DNA from: Squalus acanthias
Lineage: Eukaryota
DNA length: 64,000 bases
Assembly (NCBI GenBank): GCA_030390025.1
Contig: CM059432.1
Coordinates: 16,742,001 to 16,806,000 of the forward strand
Direction: 5' to 3'
Shown: positions 39,323 to 48,854 of the stretch, piece by piece
How positions within the stretch are numbered: the first letter of the stretch is position 1
Layout of the letters: every line of letters begins with the position of its first letter
Translations under genes and position numbers: made by a program
The notes under the pieces: generated by a model
What the model was told of the DNA's origin: nothing
The model's input: the letters and a program-made list of their open reading frames with translations, nothing else
Databases searched by the model: none

Positions 39323-40669
39323 AAACTCAGCTACATTTAGATTTTATTTGCAATCCACTGTGTGCCTATAATGGGAAAACAGCACTGGTCCAAAATAAAA
39401 TAACGTGCCAGTTTGAAGTCAACCTGCTTGCGAAGCCTTTCGCCAAGTCATTCTAGGATGCTATGAAAATAATGAATTATCAAGGAGCAATGTTCATTTT
39501 TTTTTAATCATAAGGATATAATATTTGAAAACCAACCAGCAGTAATGGGGTACAACAAAATAATTAAGCAAGTGATATCTGGAAAATGCAGTCTACAAGT
39601 TTGAGTAGGTTGTAGGCTACGATCAGGTAGCTAATTATCTTACAGAAGTGAAATACCTACCATTACATTTACCATGCCAAAATATTGGTCAAATAAAAAC
39701 TACCGATGCCCATTACCCTAATGACCCAATGTTGCACATCATCACAAACACTCTCATGTTTGAAACACTTCTCAAGAGCCATAATTTACCTGACTCTCTT
39801 TGTAACAGAAGCTGAAGTACAAAATTAAAAATGACAAATATAATTGATAGTTCCCAAATTCTGAACTCTAAAATTTATTTGGACTTTAAAAAAATCAGTC
39901 TAACTGTATATTGGATCCAGTTTCCAGTTGCAAGTGGAGAAGCTAGTACAGAAGCTGCTAGAGGTTTAAAGCAAAAATAAAATTGTGTTCTTGTTACACT
40001 GAGTTTTGTGCTGAATTTGCACCCATAGCAATGTAAATTTGGCTTAAAAATCATGGCACAGAGCAGCAGATTCCCACTCCGATTTGTCTCTGATGCCTCC
40101 ACCAAGACTCATGCAAAGAGGGTTTGCAATGTGTCCTTACGATTTTTTTTATATTGCATGTATTCAAGGAGCACAATGATCAAATAATTAGGGTACATTT
40201 TTGACTTATTTTAACATACGTCAATATTGAAACATACATTTCCACTAATTATTGAAAATTAATCTCAATGACATTCAATTGCAATATATAAACCAAAAAT
40301 ACAATACAACAATAACTAGTACAACAGTCAAGAATACCAGGCAAATTGCAGATAGTCCTACATGTCTTATTCCTGCTCCTACTTCTTCAAAACAGACAAC
40401 AGTTGATAATTCATAGGCTCTCTGATGAGAAATTTGCTCACGGCTATAAATGAACCCAATCTGGGCTGCACCATTATTGCACCTCTTTCAAATATGTATT
40501 GTATGTAATTTTGAAGTGATTACTGCTACATACTTCCACAAAAGCTAAAGTAAGGTCATAATAAGGGGAACCACTAACTTACTATTCTTCCCATTGAAAA
40601 TGAAGGAAATGGAAGAAAATACATCACTGGCAAAACCATAGCCTTTTGCCTGGTTGTAGGAAGAGGCCA

Positions 40670-40790
40670 AACTGGCTCAAGTTGGCAGGATTCTGGCCTC
40701 TGGCTTAAGTGGCGTGACTTCAAGTCCCACACCAAGACTTGAAGACAGAATCTGAGCTGAACTCCTGCACTGCATTGTTGGAGTCCATTG
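40670..40790 (+). mobile_element. SINE head fragment
   Basis: tggctcaagttgg...ttcaagtcccac...gacttgaa, as in other SINE heads. Confidence 0.55.
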
Positions 40791-41108
40791 TTAGTGACCG
40801 TTTAAAAAAATATATACATGCTTTAGGCATCTTTGTGGGATTCTTCATTTGAGTTTTTAAACAATTTTCAGCTTAAACTTGCCAAGAATGTTGTTTCCTC
40901 CAGTCTCTACATTTTTTGAGAAACAAAATTAATTTTGCTGTGCTGATAATGTTTGGTGTGGTTTGTATAGTTTATCATCTCCTTTCCAGTATATCAAGAA
41001 AAGTTTTTTTTTTTAAACCTAAATAAAACTTTATAGAATTATAAACAATATTTGAGAATGACAAAACCAAAAGTAGTATGTTTTGCTGATTTTAAAAAAA
41101 AAATGAAC

Positions 41109-41155
41109 ATTTCACTCCAAAATGTAACTATTTCACTCCAAAATGTAAATATTTC
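41109..41155. repeat. 21-bp tandem duplication
   Basis: atttcactccaaaatgtaa(c/a)t twice. Confidence 0.85.
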
Positions 41156-41252
41156 TTGCCTAATTTTAAAAAAATAACAAAATCAAAAACTTGAGTTATC
41201 ATCGAAGAATAGTGTTCTGTCAAATTTCAGCTGAATAAAAACACTGACTCAC

Positions 41253-41441
41253 CCGGACATCCGTGGCATCACCATGCCTGATGTTCATGGCCCAGGTTGA
41301 GGGCTCATTATTACTCTCAAAATAATGGAAGACCTTCAGCACTCGTTCCATGGCACCAGGGGACCGTTCCATACTCAAACGGGACTTGGCTCCTGAACCT
41401 GCTGTGTGATTCAAGTTTGGGTCAAGGTAAGCAGCTGCCAT
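41253..41441 (-). CDS. PTK2: PTK2/FAK first canonical coding exon, coding part (63 codons; whole exon 41253-41473)
   Basis: Translates MAAAYLDPNLNHTAGSGAKSRLSMERSPGAMERVLKVFHYFESNNEPSTWAMNIRHGDATDVR, the recognisable FAK N-terminus. Acceptor ttctttcttcacag ends at 41474; phase-0 donor CGG|gtgagt at 41252. Confidence 0.97.
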
Positions 41442-41455
41442 GCTTCTGTGGGATG

Positions 41456-41470
41456 CTATGTGTCGGTCAT
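41456..41470 (-). promoter_or_regulatory. Short upstream ORF (M-T-D-T-stop) in the PTK2 ATG exon
   Basis: ATG ACC GAC ACA TAG lies inside the exon, out of frame, ending 14 nt before the main ATG. Confidence 0.6.
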
Positions 41471-41754
41471 ATTCTGTGAAGAAAGAAAATGAAAGTTAGA
41501 TGCAGAAATCTACACTCCAAAGAAAACACTTTTTTTTTAAACCAAAAATCAAACCCATATGAAGTGTTGGAACGAAGTGTATTCAGTGAATTTGTCAGTG
41601 TATTGGTATATGTAACAGGAAAAACTGAATTTAAAGCAAAATGTTCCTTGTGTGCTGCTCATCATCTCCATATACATTCCACTGCATAATTATTTCACAC
41701 ACAAATATTGTGCCAACCGTTTTGAGTTTTGATAAATTGCCCACAACCAAAATA

Positions 41755-42113
41755 CAGGAAACTCTTTCGTATCCGGCACCGACGGGACCGGGATGGTGCC
41801 GGTTGATTAAAAATTCCGGATAATGGAGAGGTATATCTACCGAGGCTATTTTTAACAAACAAAAGTTAAAAAAAAAATCAAGAAATGTGCAGTATAATTG
41901 GGTACTCCCCTATAGAATGTTGTATTAAATGGATAGTGGAAGATGCTTGATTAAGTACAGTACTGCCAGTTGAGGGTAATCCATAACTCTTTAATTACTT
42001 AACAGTAAAACAAAACTTATAAACGACTGTATACTGTAGTTTTCGGAGTATGAATTCTGCCGGTTATTAGAGAATTCCAGATATTTCGGTGCCGTTTAAA
42101 CGAGAGTTTCCTG
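41755..42113. mobile_element. Tc1/mariner (Tigger/pogo-like) MITE, 359 bp
   Basis: TIRs caggaaactctttcgtatccggcacc and ggtgccgtttaaacgagagtttcctg; TA on both sides. Confidence 0.85.
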
Positions 42114-42161
42114 TACGAACAAGACTTGAGTTTATATAATGCCTTATCATATCAGCTGTCG

Positions 42162-42598
42162 GCGGTTGCCTCAGTGATAGCACTCTCACCTGAATCAGAC
42201 AGTTGTTGGTTCAAACCCCACTCCAGAGACTTGAGCGCATAATTTCGGTTGACACTTGACTGCAGTACTGAGGGAGTATGCAGGAGCAGTCTTTCAGAAA
42301 AACGTTAAACCTTTGAGGCCCTGTCTAGCCTCAGGTGGACGTAAAAATACCCTGCCACTATTGAAAGAAGAACAGTGGAGTTCTCCCAATGTTCTGACCA
42401 ACATTTATCCCTCACCCAACATCACTAAAAGCTGATTATCTGGTCATTTATCACTTGCCATTTGTGGGACCTTGCTGTGTGCCAATTAGGTGATACAACT
42501 GCCTACATTATAACAATGACCACAGTTGAAAAGTATGTGATTAACTGCGAAGCCTTTAGGACATTGAGGTTGTGAAAGGTGCTAAATAAATGCAAGTT
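42162..42598 (+). mobile_element. Near full-length tRNA-derived Deu-type SINE (SacSINE1/AmnSINE-like)
   Basis: A/B-box head (ctcagtgatag, ggttcaaaccc), central domain and L2-like tail; family name is from recollection. Confidence 0.75.
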
Positions 42599-42599
42599 C

Positions 42600-42905
42600 C
42601 AGCCCTAAAACTCTCCGAGATCTCTGTGTTCCTCCAACTCCGGCCTTCACCCCACCATTCGAGGCTGTGCCATCGAATCAGCCATCTCGGTGCTAAGCTT
42701 TGGAATTCCCTCCGTAAACCTCAAAGCCTCCCCGTCCTTTGATGGTCCTTAAAACCTGTATCTGTCACCAAGCTTTTGGTCACCTGTCCTAACGACTCCT
42801 TCTTTGGCTCAGTGTAAATATTTGTCTGATTGCTCTCCTGTGAAGCGCCTTGGGACGTTTGATTGAGTTAAAGGCGCTATATAAATGCAAGTTGTTGTTG
42901 TTGTT
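42600..42905 (+). mobile_element. L2 3' end
   Basis: tggaattccctcc...gtgaagcgccttggg...gcgctatataaatgcaagttgttgttg. Confidence 0.85.
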
Positions 42906-42929
42906 TCATTCTTGCTTTTATTTCTTCAG

Positions 42930-43320
42930 TGCATAGGAACATAGGAATTACTGGATGAAAAAAGACCACTGTCAATCTTGTTTGACTTCTACAATCTGGG
43001 TAGTCGCATGATTCAACAATAATGAAGTCGTTGACGAATCATGGCAATCAATCTCTATCAATTAGTCTACAAAAGACCCAGACATGAGGCAATGAAAGCC
43101 TCAGTGATGGAAAACTTTGGGAATCGAAGTCACTCCTCAAGCATGCTATACTTATCTTATGTCATGTCTCAAATTACTCATATACTATATCCCAAAATAT
43201 TGTTTTCTGAAATAAATCTAATTTGCATTTGAATAAATCAACACCTTCTGCTTCCGTCTCCCTAGGAAGTGTGTTACATAGATTTACCACCCCCTCACTA
43301 AAATAATGTTCCTCTCCCTA
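42930..43320 (-). mobile_element. Old CR1-like 3' region
   Basis: cataggaacataggaa tail; homologous to 32752-32850. Confidence 0.5.
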
Positions 43321-44059
43321 TGCTCTTGAACTGTGCTATGGGAGTGAAAGCAGGGGGAAATTGAGTTCTGTTAGAAAGAGCTTAGCCAACTATTTGGTTA
43401 TTGCTATAAAGTTCCACGCTAGAGATCTATGCAAGTCATTTCTGCGGAGAATCACCTATCTCCCGCTATAACTTCAAAGGAAGATTGGCGGAAACCCTCG
43501 AGAAACAGCGCAAGCAGCCTTTTTCATAATTTCACCGGCCTTCCGCCAAAGGTAGTGAGAGTTCACAGAACTCCTGCAAAAGTCCACACCCTAGGGTTTT
43601 AAGATTTCAGTTAGAATTCTCAATGCTATGGCTGTGCCAATTAGAGCTCATTAAAAAGGTAATAGCAACAATATAAAATATTTTATAACCAATGTATTTC
43701 ATAAAAACATGCATGAATTATAAATACAAAAAACACAACTTTCTGGACAGATTTATTTGAGAAGCAGACTAAATTTTGAAGAATCTCTGAACATTCATTT
43801 ATAAAATTGTAAAAGGATACCGAACCAACAACTATCATGCAAGGGACTACAAAAGCATTTTATGTGCTCAGAGGCAACAGTCTAGCTTTGTAACAGAAAA
43901 TTTGCTGTACAGATAAGAATTTGAGATTAATGATGGACGCATTTATCTAACATTTGAAGATAACAAAATAACCAACTTGAAATGTTCCTATTTGTGAGTT
44001 ATCAAGGGCTTTCTCGCTCACACAATAAATTCTTTACTCAATTTTCCCTCTGATATGTG

Positions 44060-44558
44060 CAAGACACACGGCGAAAAGAAAATCCTTTTGCATTACCAGC
44101 CCTTCTCGCTGTCTAATTGTAATAGAGGATTTCTGTTATTAAGACTATTGCACCAGGCGGTGGCACAATTTGTTCAAGCAAACCATTGACAAAAATGAAT
44201 AAAACCAACCAACTGTTGCAAGTAATTTTGCTTTTTTTATTTTGAAATTCACTGGGGGTAGATCACTGGTTTTAACCTTTTCATTTTCTGAAGAGGACAT
44301 AAATATCAGGATCCCAAGATTGCATTCTAACTCTTGCAGGCATCATTTATTTTTATGTAGAACACCAAAGGCCAAATTTTATTCTCAACATTATTTGTCC
44401 TCCGTCTTAGCAGACATTAAAAAATAACCTTCATTTGATCGAGGAACATAGGAAGATGCCACCCCCTGGTACAATAATCTTAACAGAAATCCTTAATTAC
44501 AATTAGACAGCAAGAAGGCTGGTAATGCAAAAGGATTTTCTTTTCGTCGTGTGTCTTG
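44060..44558. repeat. Inverted repeat with about 105-bp arms (44060-44165 and 44457-44558)
   Basis: caagacacacg(g/a)cgaaaagaaaatccttttgcattaccagc...tggca present in both orientations. Confidence 0.92.
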
Positions 44559-44574
44559 AGAATATGTGCTGTCT

Positions 44575-45320
44575 TCAGTGCCACGAGCCTGTTCTGCCAT
44601 TCAATTCGTTCATGGCTGATCTGTACCTCAACTCCATTTACCAGCCTTTGCTCAATATCCTTTGATGCCCTTATCCAAAAACAATCTATCGATCTGTCTT
44701 CAAAAATTTCAATTGATCCAGCATCACAGCCTTTTGGGGGAGCAAGTTTCAGATTTCCACTACCCTTTGCATGAAAAAATACTTCTTGATTTCACTGCTG
44801 AATTACCTAGTTCTAATTTTAAGATTGTGTCTTCTTGTTCTGGATACTCCCACCAGAAGAAATAGTTTGTATGTACCCTATCAAATCCCTTTCTAATTTT
44901 ACACAACTCCATTAGATCACCCTTTAATCTTCTGAACTCAAGGAAATGCAAGCCAAGTTTATGCAACCTGTCTCCAATGTTCGCTCTAATTTTCTTTTGG
45001 GCAGTGCTGCCCCTTTAACGGGCTGCAGCCGGTGAGCCAGCTGCGCGGGAGCTCCAGAGCGCGGCTGCGCACATAATTTAATCCTTTAAGCTCTGGTAGA
45101 ATTCTGGTGAATCTGCATTGCACCCTTTCTAAGGGCAGTATATCTTCACTGAGGTCCGTTGCCCAAAACAGACCGCAGTACTCCAAACGGAGTCTGACCA
45201 AGCCTCTGAACAACTGAAAAATTACTTCCTCACTTTTGAATTATAGCCCCCTTGAAATGAAGGCCAACATTCCATTAGCCTTTTTGATTACTTTTTGTAC
45301 TTGTGCATTAGCTTTTAGCT
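44575..45320 (-). mobile_element. CR1 3' part with a hAT-MITE fragment at 44975-45071
   Basis: LVRLRLEYC...FW and LGLHFLEFRRLKGDL motifs; insert starts caatgttcgctctaa. Confidence 0.82.
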
Positions 45321-45928
45321 CTCACCAGATTGTTTTAAATTATCAATTTCAAATGGAACGGGAATCCATTTCAGACACATATTTCTAAATTGAATGGAGC
45401 TATTTGCATAAATCACAAGTGCCAGAATGATAGTTGTAACACAAGTGATTGTGTAACACACCTGTTGCCCTTGTGATCTGTTTATGCAATACAAATAGTT
45501 AGCGCAAAAGCTATACCATTACCAAATCCTAAAATTACTTTCCACCAGGAATGTCTATTCTATGAATCTCAATATTTTACATAAATGAAATAGAGCTAAC
45601 AGAAATTAATAGATCCACAAACAGTCAGGATTCAAGAGAACATTTAGAAATGCTCAAGGTACATTTATAATTAAGTTTGTTTAAAAAAATATTTTCTAAG
45701 CACTACATACGTCAGAGTGCAGTACTAACCTTATTTTACTTAAAAGAAAGATGCCAATTTAATCTGATCAATTATAGGCCTTTTACATTTGTGAAATAAA
45801 CTGAATACAGCAATGCAAACAATGAAATTTTCCACCTGTCCTGTGCACTGGTGCTGATTTTGCAACGCTTTCTGAAATGAGGGCAAAGACATGCGAACTC
45901 CAATTCAAAACACATTTCCCAAATTCTT

Positions 45929-46440
45929 GGGCCAGAAATTCAGCTCTTGTCGGGTGAGGACGCGCTGTGTACTCACCCGTAAGGCCACCTGAAGTGCCGG
46001 TTTCCTGCATGCACTGCGCATGCGCGGGAAACCGGAACTTCCGTTCCACTGAAGGAAGGGGTTCAGAAGTCAAACGCGTGCGCGGGGGAGGCTGCGTGCA
46101 CGGTGAACTTTGGGGTTTTTTCAGGTTTCTCCGGGAGGGTAAGTATGGAGAAGCTGCACCTTTAAAAAGGAGGTGCAAGGCCTGTTTTTAACAAGGTAAG
46201 TGGTTAATTAATTACAATTTAAAAATTTTTCAACAGGTTTATCTTTTTTAGATACTTTAAAGAAAGGTAAGTTTATTTTTAGCACCGTTAAAAAGTATAA
46301 TTAATTTTTTCAAAAATTTACATTTTTGTTTAAAGTAGTTAATTTATGTAACTTAGTTATTTTAAAAATGCGATTAAAAAAAAAAAAATTATTTGAAGTT
46401 TAAGTGTGGTTTTGGGGCCGATCATTATTCATAGATTTGA
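45929..46440 (+). mobile_element. Harbinger-like MITE, truncated relative of 24375-25096
   Basis: Left TIR gggccagaaattca; same ccggttt...aaaccgg hairpin and ggtaagt motifs. Confidence 0.72.
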
Positions 46441-47327
46441 CAGGTCTGCTCAGCTTTTTATGTCGATAATGTTACAAGGAACATCTAACTAGGAGCAAGT
46501 TTACGTTTATGACTAGACTTATTTCCACACAGTGGATACCATGCCTAATGGTCTAGATAGAAATGAAAAACTCATGTACATTTCTCAAACTGGAAACAGG
46601 TTACTCATACTTTGCCGAGACTGAAAAATAGCACAAGGAATTCAGTACTTTAAAGGCATGTTGGGGGCAAATTTTAAAATGCTCAAACTCCTTATAAATA
46701 CCCCAACCTGTGTATGTAATTGTAAGGGTGCCAGAAGCTTGATCCACTGGAACATCGAGAACTGTTTCCATACTGAAAAATGGCAATTCTGGTGAATTTT
46801 ATAACGCCTGCATATTTCAGAATTGATAGATTTTTTAATCTAAACACAAATTACATGTGGGTTTCTTCATAAATCATATCAACCATACCATCACTTCCCC
46901 AAAAGGCATCTAAAGTCACTCCCCTCTTCCCTAAGGAGCTCACACTTCCAATTCACACAGATGCTATTCCCCTCTTCCACCATTCCCCCAGTTCTCAGAA
47001 CAACTCTTGGCCTCCAAACCCTCCAGTTTACAATGAGATTCTTCCCCTCCAACTACCTTTCCCATAGTTCACAAAGATGCTCCTCAACAGGCCTTCACAG
47101 AGAAGTGCTCTCCTTCCCTGTGTTTCTCTCACTGTCATGCCCTGTTATAACTCCTACCCAACAATGTTGCTTCACTCCAGGAGCAGGCTTTATGTTGCAC
47201 ATGAAAAAAAATGTGGGTTGGAATTCCAGCAAAAACCATCACAAGATCAAGAAATGCTGGCAAAGGAAGCGACTCCTGGAGTAAAGCAACAGTGACATGA
47301 GCTGGGACTGACAGCAACAAGAGCATA

Positions 47328-47720
47328 AACAACAAAGCTTGCATTTATATCGCACCTTTAACATAGACATCATCGCAAGGCAGGAAGGAAAAGAAACGAC
47401 CCATAAACAACGAAGGAGAGATAATGAGAGGTGCCCAAAAGCTTGGTCAGAGGTGGTTTTAAAAAAGGTCTGAAAATGAGAATAAGGTGGAAAGGTAGAA
47501 GGGGGGAAAAAAATCCAGATTGGTAGCTGAAGGCACGGCTGCCAATGCTGGAGCGAAAGGAGGGAGGAGTTGCAGAGTTTAGGGGAAGGGGTGATAGTTA
47601 CAGACAGAGAGGGGCAAGGCCACGGCCAGAACACAAGGATGAGAATTTAAATTGGAGGCATTGGAGGACCCAGGTCACCAAGGAGAGGGGTGATGTAGGA
47701 GCTGGAATTTGAGCGGGATG
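47328..47720 (-). mobile_element. Degraded L2 3' end
   Basis: L2 tail and ccaaaagcttggtca motif. Confidence 0.75.
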
Positions 47721-48646
47721 TGCTGAAGGCAGTCGCATTGTGAGGTTGTGTTGCAACAGGTGGTTTTCCACCCCAAGAGAACAACATGCACATGTGCAGA
47801 CAGTCTGCCGACACTGCTGAATGCCTTCAAAACAACATCAGATCACTTGTATATGAAGAACACTTCATAATGAATTTACTTTGATGTGGACTTTTATAGC
47901 AGAAAGAAATAGAAATTTAAAGAAACTCTCACTCATTAACCCAGGTCCCCTGCAAACTCCTATTTGTAAATATATGTCTGAGGAAAGTCCATCAACATGG
48001 ATATTCTCCCTGGATTAAATGTATGTAAAATAATCAAATAATGCAAATATAGTATTGCCAATAATCACAAAATCCCCACTAGTATATAAAAGATGTGCAA
48101 TAGGGCTAGAAGAGAGTTAAAATGTATAAATTATTCTAAGTACATTGATGCACCTTGAGGGCATCAATATATGCAATGAATGGGTGTTGAATTTGTAATA
48201 TACATAGAATCATAGATAACTGTGATTACAAGGCTGTATGTAATCTAAATCTTAAATATCCAGATGGTATTATAAATCTCGAGTGAAAGCTGAACACTTT
48301 ATAACGACCATTTGAATCTGTGGATTACACAACTGCTTTCCAATCACTATCAGACAGGTTACTGTTTATACTAGATCAGGCTTTGATGTTACATTGAATT
48401 TTTAAATTGTGCTTTTATTATTTTGTGTGTTAGCAGTTCTGTGCTATCAGTTTGACACAATTGCCAGTGCAATTGAATACACAATAACATTAATACAAAA
48501 TAGACTTTTATGTTTTTTTGCAGGTTTATCAAGGGTACCTAAAAATTATTTGTGCAGCATTTAATACATGAAAATTAATGTAGTGATTACAGGCACTATT
48601 ACTCTACTACAAAGCAGTGGACAGCAGATCTGATTGCAGTACTTAC

Positions 48647-48805
48647 TCAACAGCTGCATCTTTTTATCTTAACCGACAAAAACATAGGTCAACAAACGTG
48701 CTGCCAGATTATGGACACTAGTCACAGCAAATGCAGGAAACAGCTCCCACATTTGTGCATCTCCGTACTAACGGCAGAGTCTAGGAGTGCTACTCGGAAC
48801 TATTC
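48647..48805 (-). other. Candidate upstream or alternative PTK2 exon
   Basis: Non-repeat sequence bounded by ttttacattctgcatctag|G and TGA|gtaagt. ATG at 48659 would be in frame with FAK if spliced to 41473. Splice motifs only. Confidence 0.25.
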
Positions 48806-48854
48806 CTAGATGCAGAATGTAAAAAGTGGAGAATGCTGCATGGAGGTCACTCTT

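Noticed and set aside
42162..42235. tRNA gene
   Set aside because: A/B boxes belong to a SINE head; no full cloverleaf.
43400..43595. Possible additional MITE
   Set aside because: No clear TIR pair, TSD or second copy in the window.
46605..46640. Possible minus-strand micro-exon after ttttcag
   Set aside because: Donors are weak and such motifs occur often by chance.
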